This document shows, one piece after another, positions 9,806 through 20,157 of a stretch of DNA of 64,000 nt. The position numbers and the translations under genes are program-made. The notes below the pieces were generated by a model that ran no database searches, was not told where the DNA came from, and worked only from the letters and a program-made list of their open reading frames with translations. The first letter of the stretch is position 1, and each line of letters opens with the position of its first letter. Origin of the DNA: an uncultured Actinomycetota bacterium. Its GTDB lineage: Bacteria > Actinomycetota > Actinomycetes > Propionibacteriales > Nocardioidaceae. The stretch spans positions 16,253-80,252 of the forward strand of contig CAWEUA010000017.1 in NCBI GenBank assembly GCA_963812055.1, in the 5' to 3' direction.

Positions 9806-9869
9806 CCCATCCGTGACCCGGCAAAGCGTTGGGTCCACCGGCGTGGGCGCCCGTACCATGGGGCTCCTG

Positions 9870-10908
<1,039 letters not shown>

Positions 10909-10972
10909 CGCGCCGGATGGTCGGCCCGGTGATCAACTCGGTGATCAGCCCGGTGTCGCAGGGCGCCCGAGC

Positions 10973-11425
10973 ATGAGCATCGAGGTTCTCGACGAGTCGG
11001 GTCAGGAGATCGACGTCCAGCGGATGGCCGCCTTGAGCCGGTTCGTGATGGACCAGCTGCGCGTGCACCCGCTCGCCGAGCTGTGCATCAAGGCGGTCGA
11101 CGAGCCGACCATCGCCGCGCTGAACGAGCAGTGGATGGAGAAGGAAGGGCCGACCGACGTGCTCGCCTTCCCGATGGACGAGCTGCGGCCGGGGCTGGTC
11201 AACGAGGACCCCGAGGAGGGGGTGCTCGGCGACCTCGTGCTCTGCCCGGCCGTCGCCGAGAGGCAGGGCGCGACCGCCGGCCACGGCACCGAGGCGGAGC
11301 TCGAGCTGCTGACCGTCCACGGCATCCTGCACCTGCTCGGCTACGACCACGCCGAGCCGGAGGAGCACCAGGAGATGTTCGGGCTCCAGGACCAGCTCCT
11401 CGCGGCCTGGCGCGCGGAGCAGTGA
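10973..11425 (+). CDS. ybeY: rRNA maturation RNase YbeY
   Basis: GPTDVLAFP, LGDLVLCP, HGILHLLGYDH (H3xH5xH). Confidence 0.95.
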   Translation: MSIEVLDESGQEIDVQRMAALSRFVMDQLRVHPLAELCIKAVDEPTIAALNEQWMEKEGPTDVLAFPMDELRPGLVNEDPEEGVLGDLVLCPAVAERQGATAGHGTEAELELLTVHGILHLLGYDHAEPEEHQEMFGLQDQLLAAWRAEQ

Positions 11426-11444
11426 ACGGCTGCGTGAGGGCAGG

Positions 11445-12740
11445 GTGAGCGACCCGACCGGCGGTCCGGCCGGTCTCGTGACCGCCGCGGTGCTCGTCGT
11501 CCTGGCGGGCGTGTTCTCGGCCGCCGACGCTGCGCTCACGACGTACTCACGCGCCCGCGCGGAGGAGCTCGTCAGCGAGGGTCGGGCCGGCGCCAAGCGC
11601 CTGGTGGCGCTGCTCGACGACCGCGCCCGCTACCTGAACACCGCCATCCTGCTGCGCCTGCTGTGCGAGACAGGGGCGGCGGTGCTGTTCACCCTCGTCG
11701 TGCTGCGGTGGTACGACGGCTCCGTCTGGCCGACGATCCTGACCGCCGCCGGCGTGATGCTCGTCGTCTCGTTCGTCGCGATCGGCGTGGCCCCGCGCAC
11801 CCTCGGCCGTCAGCACCCCGACCGGGTGGCGCCGGTCGCCGCCGCGATCCTCACGGTCGCGACCCGCATCCTCGGGCCGATCCCGCAGCTGCTGATCCTG
11901 GTCGGCAACGCGATCACCCCCGGTCGTGGCTTCCGCACCGGGCCGTTCTCGACGGAGACCGAGCTGCGCGAGCTGGTGGACTACGCGGAGGCCGCCGCGG
12001 TCATCGAGTCCGGCGAGCGCGCGATGATCCACTCGGTCTTCGAGTTCGGGGACACCATCGCCCGCGAGGTGATGGTGCCGCGCGGCGACGTGGTCTACAT
12101 CGAGCGGTTCAAGAACCTCCGCCAGACGCTGTCGCTGTTCCTGCGCTCCGGGTTCTCGCGGGTGCCCGTGATCGACGAGAACCTCGACGACGTCGTCGGC
12201 TTCGCCTACCTCAAGGACGTCGTCCGCCGCGACTTCGAGGACCCCGACGTCGAGTTCACCCAGCGCGTCGACGAGGTGATGCGCCCGGCCCTCTACGTGC
12301 CCGAGTCGAAGCCGGTCGACGCGTTGCTCTCCGAGATGCAGGCGTCGCGGCAGCACATCGCCGTCGTGGTCGACGAGTACGGCGGCACCGCGGGCCTGGT
12401 CACCATCGAGGACCTGCTGGAGGAGATCGTCGGCGAGATCACCGACGAGTACGACGCGGAGCAGGTCGAGACAGAGCCGCTCGACGACGGCACGATCCGG
12501 GTCTCGTCGCGCTACCCGATCGACGACCTCGACGAGCTGTTCGGCTTCGACGTCGAGGACGACGACGTCGACTCGGTGCTCGGGCTCATGGCCAAGCACC
12601 TCGGTCGCGTCCCGATCGCCGGCGCACACGTCGACGCGCACGGTCTCCGCTTCGTCGCCGAGGCCGCCACCGGACGGCGGAACAAGATCGAGAGCGTGCT
12701 GGTCAGTCGGCTGCCCGTCGCCGACTCCGACACCGGCTAG
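11445..12740 (+). CDS. Hemolysin family / CNNM-CBS-CorC domain protein
   Basis: N-terminal TM (DUF21) region, REVMVPR, SGFSRVPV, VVVDEYGGTAGLVTIEDLLEEIVGEITDEYD, CorC-type C-terminus. Confidence 0.9.
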   Translation: MSDPTGGPAGLVTAAVLVVLAGVFSAADAALTTYSRARAEELVSEGRAGAKRLVALLDDRARYLNTAILLRLLCETGAAVLFTLVVLRWYDGSVWPTILTAAGVMLVVSFVAIGVAPRTLGRQHPDRVAPVAAAILTVATRILGPIPQLLILVGNAITPGRGFRTGPFSTETELRELVDYAEAAAVIESGERAMIHSVFEFGDTIAREVMVPRGDVVYIERFKNLRQTLSLFLRSGFSRVPVIDENLDDVVGFAYLKDVVRRDFEDPDVEFTQRVDEVMRPALYVPESKPVDALLSEMQASRQHIAVVVDEYGGTAGLVTIEDLLEEIVGEITDEYDAEQVETEPLDDGTIRVSSRYPIDDLDELFGFDVEDDDVDSVLGLMAKHLGRVPIAGAHVDAHGLRFVAEAATGRRNKIESVLVSRLPVADSDTG

Positions 12741-12749
12741 CGGACAGGC

Positions 12750-13547
12750 TCAAGGCGTTCCGGCCTTGCGACCGATCAGATGGAACACGCGGCTCAGCTG
12801 TCGGTAGGGGTCACGCCTGCTGGCCTCGAGCTCGACGGCAGCCGTGGACCTGACCCGGTCCTCGTCGTCGGGGTCGAGCTCGACGCCGGCGAACTCCAGC
12901 CAGTCCACGAACAACCACACGCCGTACCAGTCCGTCGGCTCGACCCCGCCGTGGCGGAGCAGGTCGCTGAGCTCTTCCACGGTGTCGGCGCGTCCGCGGA
13001 CCCCGAGCACACCGATCTCGTGTCTCGCGTCGAACGCCGCCAGGGCATCGTCCCAGCGACGCTCGAGAGCCGGGCGTACGGCGCCGGCGTGCGCGTTGCC
13101 GGTCATGATCGACACGACGCCACCGTCGGCGGCGCACCGGCACAGCTGGGCGACCAGCGGCTCCGGCTCCTCGAGGTAGCCGATCACGCCGTGGCACAGG
13201 ACGCCCGCGAATCGCCGGCCGTCCACGGCCTCCTCGGCCGCCAGCCCGTCGGCCTCCACGAACCTCACCCGGCGCTGTGCTGCGTCCGGCAGACGCTCCA
13301 GGCGCTGGTCTGCCTTGGCCAGCATCGCCGGTGACGGGTCGAGCACCGTCACGTCGTATCCCGCCTCGGCCAACGGGAACGACTGGTGGCCGGCACCGCC
13401 ACCGACGTCGAGCAGCGGCCCGGGTGGGGGAGGTAGGTGTTCCATCAGGTGCTGGTGCATGACGTAGGTCCGCACGCGGCCCTTCACGGTGGCATACGCG
13501 CCGTCGGCGAACGGGTCGGCCAGGCTTGCCCAGAGATCATCGGCCAC
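12750..13547 (-). CDS. Class I SAM-dependent methyltransferase
   Basis: LLDVGGGAGH, VTVLDPSPAML, VLCHGVIGYL; start inferred at GTG 13547. Confidence 0.8.
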   Translation of the reverse strand: MADDLWASLADPFADGAYATVKGRVRTYVMHQHLMEHLPPPPGPLLDVGGGAGHQSFPLAEAGYDVTVLDPSPAMLAKADQRLERLPDAAQRRVRFVEADGLAAEEAVDGRRFAGVLCHGVIGYLEEPEPLVAQLCRCAADGGVVSIMTGNAHAGAVRPALERRWDDALAAFDARHEIGVLGVRGRADTVEELSDLLRHGGVEPTDWYGVWLFVDWLEFAGVELDPDDEDRVRSTAAVELEASRRDPYRQLSRVFHLIGRKAGTP

Positions 13548-13622
13548 CTGGCCACGATAGGAGCCGAAAGGGGCTAGCGTCCGTCGGGCGGGGCAGATCA
13601 CCTCGCACGAGAGGGGACTCCG

Positions 13623-13895
13623 ATGTCCGCAACGCTTGTGATCCGCCATCAGGTCGACGAGTACGCCACGTGGCGAGAGCTCTACGACAGCCTGGACTAC
13701 CTCCGGGCCCAGCACGGCTGCACCGAGGACCGGGTGTGGCGGCTGAACGACAACGCCAACGACGTGCTCGTGACCCACGACTTCGCCACCGCGGACCAGG
13801 CCGCCGGCTTCGCACGGGACCCGGAGCTCGCCGCGGGCATGCAGCGCGGCGGCGTGAGCGGGTCGGCGCGGATCGAGATCTTCACCGACGCCTGA
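13623..13895 (+). CDS. Small hypothetical protein (ABM/dimeric alpha-beta barrel-like)
   Basis: GAGGGG RBS; IRHQVDEYATW...ELAAGMQRGGV. Confidence 0.6.
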   Translation: MSATLVIRHQVDEYATWRELYDSLDYLRAQHGCTEDRVWRLNDNANDVLVTHDFATADQAAGFARDPELAAGMQRGGVSGSARIEIFTDA

Positions 13896-13951
13896 GCCGA
13901 ACCGCGGCAATCGCGTTGCCCGCCCGCGGGCGCTGTCCCTAGCGTGGGCGG

Positions 13952-14671
13952 ATGTCCGCTCGGCTCGTCGCCCTCACCTTCCCCGCCTCGGACCCCGCCG
14001 GCCTCGCCGCGTTCTGGTCCGGTGTCCTCGGCTGGGACGCCTCCGCCGACCCGGAGGCCGGCGTCACGCTGCTGCCGGCCGACGACACCGGGTTCCGGAT
14101 CCGGTTCGTCCCGTCCGAGGAGCCGAAGGCGGGGCCGAACCAGATGCACTTCGACCTCACGAGCACCTCGTTCGAGGACCAGCAGGCGACGGTGGACCGC
14201 GCGCTGGCGCTGGGAGCCGGCCACCTCGACGTCGGTCAGCTGCCGGAGGAGGGCCACGTGGTGCTGGCCGATCCGGAGGGCAACGAGTTCTGCGTGATCG
14301 AGCCGGGCAACAACTTCCTCGCCGACTGCGGCTTCGTCGGCGCGCTCGCCGGCGACGGGTCCCAGGAGTGCGGCTACTTCTGGGCGAAGGCCCTGGACTG
14401 GCCGCTGGTGTGGGACCAGGACCAGGAGACCGCGATCCGGTCCCCGCACGGCGGACCCAAGCTGACGTGGGGCGGGCCGCCGCTCGAGCCGAAGCGCGGG
14501 TCGACGTACCGACCGCACGTCGACCTCGCCCCGACCGACGGCGACCAGCGGGCCGAGGTCGAACGGCTCGTCTCGCTCGGTGCCAGGCAGGTCGATCTGG
14601 GCCAGGGTGACGTCAGCTGGGTCGTGCTGGCCGATCCGGACGGCCACGAGTTCTGCCTGCTGAGCTCCTAG
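13952..14671 (+). CDS. VOC (glyoxalase-like) family protein with two domains
   Basis: LAAFWSGVLGW, NQMHFDL, LADPEGNEFCV and LADPDGHEFCL. Confidence 0.85.
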   Translation: MSARLVALTFPASDPAGLAAFWSGVLGWDASADPEAGVTLLPADDTGFRIRFVPSEEPKAGPNQMHFDLTSTSFEDQQATVDRALALGAGHLDVGQLPEEGHVVLADPEGNEFCVIEPGNNFLADCGFVGALAGDGSQECGYFWAKALDWPLVWDQDQETAIRSPHGGPKLTWGGPPLEPKRGSTYRPHVDLAPTDGDQRAEVERLVSLGARQVDLGQGDVSWVVLADPDGHEFCLLSS

Positions 14672-14680
14672 GCTGCCGTC

Positions 14681-15253
14681 GTGGCCCGCGAACCGGCGTA
14701 CACCACACGTCCTCTCGACGAGGACACCTGGAGCGACTTCGCCGCCCTGGTGGAGGCCAACAACGGGATCTGGGGCGGCTGCTGGTGCCTGGGCTTCCAT
14801 CCCGACCCGTTCGGCGAGACTGCGGAGGAGAACCGCGACGCCAAGCGACAGCACGTACGCCGGGGGACGGTCCACCAGATCCTCGTGTACGACGGAGACG
14901 ACTGCGTGGGCTGGTGCCAGTTCGGCTCGCCGGTCGAGCTGCCGGACATCAAGAACCGGAAGGCCTACGAGAAGGAGCTGACGGACCTCCCGGACTGGCG
15001 GATCGGGTGCATCTTCACCGGCTCGAAGCATCGTGGCACCGGAGTCGCGCGCGCGGCCGTGGCGGGCGCGCTGGCGGCGATCGAGGAGGCCGGCGGTGGG
15101 CTGGTCGAGGCCTACCCGGAGCAGGTCGAGGGACGCAAGCCCCAGCGCGGGGCCTACTTCCACACCGGCCCCGAGGACCTGTTCACCGAGTTCGGGTTCG
15201 AGCGCGATCGCCTGATCGCCAAGTGGCGCTGGGTGATGCGGCGACGCGTCTGA
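14681..15253 (+). CDS. GNAT family N-acetyltransferase
   Basis: VGWCQFG, WRIGCIF, HRGTGVARAAV, VEAYP. Confidence 0.75.
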   Translation: MAREPAYTTRPLDEDTWSDFAALVEANNGIWGGCWCLGFHPDPFGETAEENRDAKRQHVRRGTVHQILVYDGDDCVGWCQFGSPVELPDIKNRKAYEKELTDLPDWRIGCIFTGSKHRGTGVARAAVAGALAAIEEAGGGLVEAYPEQVEGRKPQRGAYFHTGPEDLFTEFGFERDRLIAKWRWVMRRRV

Positions 15254-15275
15254 TCCGAGCTCCGGCCGGGCTCGG

Positions 15276-16154
15276 TCAGAGCGGGAGGGGACGGGACACG
15301 GTGATGCTGGTCTTCCCCTCGACGTAGCCGAGGTGCTCGTTGAGGCGCAGCATCGAGACGTTGCCGGCCTGGGTCCACGTGTAGAGCTCGGTGACGCCGT
15401 TCTCGGCCGCCCAGTGCAGCGTGCGGCGCTTCAGGTGCGCGGCGATGCCGCGGCCGCGCCAGGTACGACGTACGGCCGTGAGGGCGTTCTCGCCCCGCTC
15501 CGGCCGGTCGGTGTCGCGGTGGAGCCCCGCGCAGCCGATCACCTCCCCGTCGTACCGAGCCAGGAACATCGGGTCGCCGGCCCAGGAGGTGGCCCACTGC
15601 TCGGAGGAGATCGCCAGCGGCTCGAACACGGCGAAGTCCGCCAGCACCTCCTTGCCGAACGTCTCGTAGGAGGCCGGCCACAGCTCCGGCGCCTGGTCGA
15701 GGGTGATGACCTCCACGCCGACGGGAGGCGGCGACGGCGGCGGCTCGTCGCCGACGGTCCGCACCTGCTCCACCTGCCGGTCGGCCTCGACGAACCCGAA
15801 GTGCTCCGCGAACCCCAGCGACGCGGTGTCCTCGACCATCGACCTCAGCTCGGGCAGGTCCAGGGTCACGATGTGCGCGGCCAGTGACTCCAGGAGCGCG
15901 GTGCCGACACCGCGGCGTCGGTGGTCGGGCAGCACGCGCGGCGCCACGAAGCCGCCACCGGTGGTGTCCGACCGGTCGGCCACGCCGGAGCCCACGACCG
16001 TGCCCTCGACCGTCGCGAGCACCATCAGCCGATCGGCAGAGTCCTGCTCCCTCATCTCGGCGACCGTGTCGGCGCGCTCGCCCGGGACGACGGCCATGCG
16101 GACGCGCCGCCACGCCTCGTAGTCCTCGTCGGAGACGCAGACGGTGATGTCCAT
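15276..16154 (-). CDS. Tandem-domain GNAT family N-acetyltransferase
   Basis: VLPDHRRRGVGTALL and TAVRRTWRGRGIAAHLK; NVSMLRLNEHLGY. Confidence 0.8.
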   Translation of the reverse strand: MDITVCVSDEDYEAWRRVRMAVVPGERADTVAEMREQDSADRLMVLATVEGTVVGSGVADRSDTTGGGFVAPRVLPDHRRRGVGTALLESLAAHIVTLDLPELRSMVEDTASLGFAEHFGFVEADRQVEQVRTVGDEPPPSPPPVGVEVITLDQAPELWPASYETFGKEVLADFAVFEPLAISSEQWATSWAGDPMFLARYDGEVIGCAGLHRDTDRPERGENALTAVRRTWRGRGIAAHLKRRTLHWAAENGVTELYTWTQAGNVSMLRLNEHLGYVEGKTSITVSRPLPL

Positions 16155-16210
16155 GCCGAGGAACCTAGGGCCTGGTCGGCGCGTTGTCGCTCGGCTCCGA
16201 TGTGAGACGG

Positions 16211-17464
16211 ATGCGAAACTGGGGCGTGACCAGCGACGGGGTCCTGGGCTCGGGGCCGTTCCTCCGTTACTGGCGGGCCGACGCCGTGTCGGGATTCGGC
16301 ACCTACATCACCCTCTTCGCGCTGCAGACGTTGGTGGTGCTCACGCTGCACGGCTCGGCGGCGGACGTCGGGTGGCTCAACGCCGCGCGTTGGCTTCCGT
16401 ACCTCGTCTTCGGGCTGGTCGTCGGCGCCCTGGTCGACGGCCGGCGTCGACTCCCGCTCATGGTGGGCACCGACCTGGTGCAGGCCGTGCTCCTGGTGAC
16501 CATCCCCGTCATGTGGTGGCTCGATCTGCTGTCGCTACCGGTGCTGATGCTGATCGTGATCGCGTACGGCACCGCCTCGGTCGTGAACGTCGCCGCCGCG
16601 ATGTCGTTCCTCCCGCGGCTGGTGGATCCGGCACACCTCCAGGCGGCGCACGCGCGTACCGACGGGGCAGATGCAGTGGCGTCGACGGCGGGCCCGGCTC
16701 TGGGCGGCCTCGTCGTCAGTGCGGTCGGCGCCCCGCTGGCCGTGCTCCTGGACTCCGTGACGTACGTGTACTCGGCACTCACCCTCCGCCGGATCGACCT
16801 CGACGAACCGGCACCACGCGCGGGGCTCACGGTGCGGGGGCTCCTGAAGGACGTGGCCGACGGCGTCCGATGGGCCTACCGCGGCTCCGGCTTGACCGCG
16901 CTCGCCCTCTCGACCCATGCGTGGTTCGTCGGACACGCGATCGTCGGGGTCGTCCTCGCGCCGTACGTGCTGCGCACCCTCGACCTCTCGGCGTTCGAGT
17001 TCGGCGTCATCGGGGCGGCCGGTGGAGTCGGCGCGCTGCTGGGCGCGGTCGTCACGACCCGAGTGGGTCGACGGCTCGGCACGGGCCGCACCATCATCCT
17101 GTGCGACCTCATCAATGCCCTCGGAGTCGTGGTCATCGTGCTCGCCGGACAACCCATGTCGCGGGCGGCGACGTTGGCGGTCATCGTGGTCGGGCAGGGC
17201 ATCTACGGAGTGGCCATGGGGATGAGCAACTCCCACGAGACGAGCTACCGCCAGCTGGTCACCCCGGACGAGCTGCAGGCCCGCACCAACACCACCCTGC
17301 GATCGCTCAACCGGGCGGCGGTCGTGGTCACGGCGCCGATCGCCGGGATCCTCGCCGACGCATGGGGGATCCGGCCGATGCTGCTGGTGGCGGCGGCGGT
17401 CTTCGCGCTCGTGGCGGCCGGGCTCGGCGCCACGTCGTTCCGGAACGTCCGGGCGCCGGTGTAG
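16211..17464 (+). CDS. MFS transporter
   Basis: About 12 hydrophobic segments, GALVDGRRR motif A-like, ELQARTNTT. Start uncertain (16184/16211/16226). Confidence 0.85.
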   Translation: MRNWGVTSDGVLGSGPFLRYWRADAVSGFGTYITLFALQTLVVLTLHGSAADVGWLNAARWLPYLVFGLVVGALVDGRRRLPLMVGTDLVQAVLLVTIPVMWWLDLLSLPVLMLIVIAYGTASVVNVAAAMSFLPRLVDPAHLQAAHARTDGADAVASTAGPALGGLVVSAVGAPLAVLLDSVTYVYSALTLRRIDLDEPAPRAGLTVRGLLKDVADGVRWAYRGSGLTALALSTHAWFVGHAIVGVVLAPYVLRTLDLSAFEFGVIGAAGGVGALLGAVVTTRVGRRLGTGRTIILCDLINALGVVVIVLAGQPMSRAATLAVIVVGQGIYGVAMGMSNSHETSYRQLVTPDELQARTNTTLRSLNRAAVVVTAPIAGILADAWGIRPMLLVAAAVFALVAAGLGATSFRNVRAPV

Positions 17465-17502
17465 CGACCGCGCGGGACGGACCCACCACTAGCCTCGGGG
17501 TC

Positions 17503-17826
17503 GTGCCCGACCTGACGCCGGAGGACCAGAAGCTGGTCACGCTCGCACGCGCCACCATGGCGCGGGCGGCCGCGCCCGAAGGGGCGGCGGTCCGCGACCT
17601 CGACGGACGCACGTACGCCGCGGCCGCCGTCGCCCTCGAGCACCTCACCCTCAGCGCCCTGGAGGTGTGCGTCGCCATGGCGATCTCGTCGGGGTCGCGC
17701 GGGCTCGAGGCCGTCGTGCGGCTCGGTGGCGAGGGCGAGCCGGACCTGCGTGCGGTTCACGACTTCGCGGGAGGCGATGTCGTCGTCCATCTGGGAGACG
17801 GGCGGGGACGGATCGCCGGCGCCTAG
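17503..17826 (+). CDS. Cytidine-deaminase-like protein lacking the Zn-binding motifs
   Basis: PEDQKLVTLAR...EGAAVRDLDGRTYAAA...LSALEVCVAMAISSG; backbone position between the hemolysin gene and era; no HAE or PCxxC. Confidence 0.7.
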   Translation: MPDLTPEDQKLVTLARATMARAAAPEGAAVRDLDGRTYAAAAVALEHLTLSALEVCVAMAISSGSRGLEAVVRLGGEGEPDLRAVHDFAGGDVVVHLGDGRGRIAGA

Positions 17827-17835
17827 GGTGTTCGG

Positions 17836-18732
17836 GTGATCTCGGGCACGACGACGGCAGCGGCAGGGACGTTCCACCTCGGTGACCGGACGGTCAACCG
17901 GCTCGGCTTCGGCGCGATGCGGTTGACGGGTACCGGCGGGATGGGCCGGGGTGAGGATCGAGATCCGGAACGGTCGGCCGAGGTCGTCCGGCGCGCGGTG
18001 GAGCTCGGCGTGAACCACATCGACACCGCGGGCTTCTACTTCTCCGCCACCGGCAGCGCCAACCTGATCATCCGCGACGCGCTCGCGCCGTACGCCGACG
18101 GCGTCACGATCGCGACCAAGGTCGGGCCCGGCCGCGACGTGGTCACCGGCGCCTGGGGCGACTGGGCGAGGCCCGAGGACCTGCGAGCCCACGTCGAGCA
18201 CAACCTCGACACCCTGGGGCTGGACAGCATCCCGCTCGTGAACTACCGGAGCAACGGCCGCGACGACGTCCCCGCAGCGGTCGCCGCGTTGGCCGGTCTG
18301 CGCGAGGAGGGGCTGCTCGACCACATCGGCCTCTCGAACGTCGGCGTGGATGTGCTGGCGGCCGCGCGCGGCGTCTCGACGATCGTGTCCGTGCAGAACC
18401 GCCACGCGCCGGGCTACGAGCGGTCCGACACGGGTGACGTCCTCGCCGCGTGTCGCGATGCCGGCATCGCGTTCGTCCCGTTCTTCACCATCGCGGGGCA
18501 GTCCCGCGAGGACTCCGCCCGCGAGCAGTACGACGCAGTCCGAGAGATCGCGGACGCCCACGGGGCCACGCCTGCGCAGGTCAGGATCGCCTGGAACCTC
18601 GCGCTCGGGCCGCACGTCCTCGCCATTCCGGGCACCGGAGATCTCGGGCACCTCGAGCAGAACGTCGCGGCCGCGGGGCTGCGCCTGACCGAGACCGATC
18701 TCGCCGCGCTCGCGGGTCTCGCGACCCCTTGA
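17836..18732 (+). CDS. Aldo/keto reductase
   Basis: NRLGFGAMRL, GVNHIDTAGFY, IATKVG, HIGLSNV, VQNR, IPGT. Confidence 0.88.
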   Translation: MISGTTTAAAGTFHLGDRTVNRLGFGAMRLTGTGGMGRGEDRDPERSAEVVRRAVELGVNHIDTAGFYFSATGSANLIIRDALAPYADGVTIATKVGPGRDVVTGAWGDWARPEDLRAHVEHNLDTLGLDSIPLVNYRSNGRDDVPAAVAALAGLREEGLLDHIGLSNVGVDVLAAARGVSTIVSVQNRHAPGYERSDTGDVLAACRDAGIAFVPFFTIAGQSREDSAREQYDAVREIADAHGATPAQVRIAWNLALGPHVLAIPGTGDLGHLEQNVAAAGLRLTETDLAALAGLATP

Positions 18733-18785
18733 TCCAACCGGACCCCTTCTCCGTTCCGACTCCTCGCGGGAGTAAGTTTCCGTCC

Positions 18786-20156
18786 GTGCTCACCGGACAG
18801 GCTGCCCACGAGGCCGCGGTCGCGCGCCTCACGGCGTCCTACGACGCGATCCCGGCGGGTCAGGCCGTGCGCCTGGCCAAGAAGACCTCCAACCTCTTCC
18901 GTCCCCGCGCGTCGACCGACGCACCCGGGCTCGACGTCTCCGGCCTGGGCGGCGTCATCTCGATCGACGAGCAGGCTCAGACCGCCGACGTGCAGGGGAT
19001 GTGCACCTACGAGGACCTGGTCGACGCGACCCTGCCACGGGGGTTCATCCCCTACGTCGTGCCCCAGCTCCGCACGATCACGCTCGGCGGAGCGGTCAGC
19101 GGTCTGGGCATCGAGTCGACCAGCTTCCGCAGCGGTCTCCCGCACGAGTCCGTGGTCGAGATGGACATCTTCACCGGATCCGGCGAGGTGGTCACGACCG
19201 AGCCCGGAGACGACCTGTTCGACACGTTCCCGAACTCCTATGGCTCCCTGGGCTACGCCACGCGGCTGCGGATCAAGCTGGAGCGCGTCCCGTCGTACGT
19301 CAACCTGCGGCACATCCGCTTCGACGATGCCGGGCTGCTGTCGAAGACCATCTCCCAGATCATGGAGACCCACGAGTACGACGGGGTCCGCGTCGACGGG
19401 CTCGACGGCACGGCGTTCCAGCCGGGGGAGTACTACCTGACCCTGGCGGAGTGGACCGACCGCGCCGAGACGGCGCCCAGCGACTACGTCGGTCAGCAGA
19501 TCTACTACCGCTCGATCCAGGAGAAGGCATCCTCGGGCGTCGGGCGCGACCTGCTCACGATGTACGACTACCTCTGGCGCTGGGACACCGACTGGTTCTG
19601 GTGCTCGCGCGCCTTCGGCGCCCAGCACCCGGTCGCTCGTCGCTTCTGGCCGCGGAAGTACAAGCGCAGTGACGTCTACTACCGGATGGTCCAGCTGGAC
19701 CACCGCCTCCACGTGGGCGCGTGGCTCGACCGTCGCAAGGGCAACCCCGAGGGCGAGCGGGTCGTGCAGGACGTCGAGATCCCGGTCGAGCGGCTCGGCG
19801 AGTTCCTCGACTGGTTCGACGGCGAGGTCGGCATGCGCCCGGTCTGGCTGTGCCCGCTGAACGCCTCCAAGAAGTGGCCGACCTACCCCCTGCGGCCCGG
19901 CGAGGTCTACGTCAACGTCGGCTTCTGGGGCAACGTCCCCGTCGGACCGGAGGCGCCCGATGCGCCGCGCAACCGCGCGATCGAGGCGAAGGTGCACGAG
20001 CTCGACGGGCACAAGTCGCTGTACTCCGAGGCGTTCTACGACCGCGAGACGTTCGACCAGCTGTACGACGGCGCCAACCTGGCGCGCGTGAAGGACCGGT
20101 ATGACCCGGATCACCGACTGACCAGCCTGTACGACAAGGCCGTGAGGAGACGATGA
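18786..20156 (+). CDS. FAD-binding oxidoreductase (Rv3719/BfaA-like methylene-fatty-acyl reductase candidate)
   Basis: VVPQLRTITLGGAVSGLGIESTSFR, FPNSYGSLGY, GHKSLYS, KDRYDP; adjacent to the Cfa-type methyltransferase. TAAGTT lies 7 nt before GTG. Confidence 0.85.
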   Translation: MLTGQAAHEAAVARLTASYDAIPAGQAVRLAKKTSNLFRPRASTDAPGLDVSGLGGVISIDEQAQTADVQGMCTYEDLVDATLPRGFIPYVVPQLRTITLGGAVSGLGIESTSFRSGLPHESVVEMDIFTGSGEVVTTEPGDDLFDTFPNSYGSLGYATRLRIKLERVPSYVNLRHIRFDDAGLLSKTISQIMETHEYDGVRVDGLDGTAFQPGEYYLTLAEWTDRAETAPSDYVGQQIYYRSIQEKASSGVGRDLLTMYDYLWRWDTDWFWCSRAFGAQHPVARRFWPRKYKRSDVYYRMVQLDHRLHVGAWLDRRKGNPEGERVVQDVEIPVERLGEFLDWFDGEVGMRPVWLCPLNASKKWPTYPLRPGEVYVNVGFWGNVPVGPEAPDAPRNRAIEAKVHELDGHKSLYSEAFYDRETFDQLYDGANLARVKDRYDPDHRLTSLYDKAVRRR

Positions 20157-20157
20157 G

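Noticed and set aside
10909-10972. Repeated CGGTGATCA words between phoH and ybeY as a regulatory site
   Set aside because: Short, GC-rich and irregularly spaced; no matching known operator and no support elsewhere in the window.
11445-12740. Hemolysin virulence factor
   Set aside because: The domain layout is the housekeeping CNNM-CBS-CorC ion-homeostasis type in its usual ybeY-era context.
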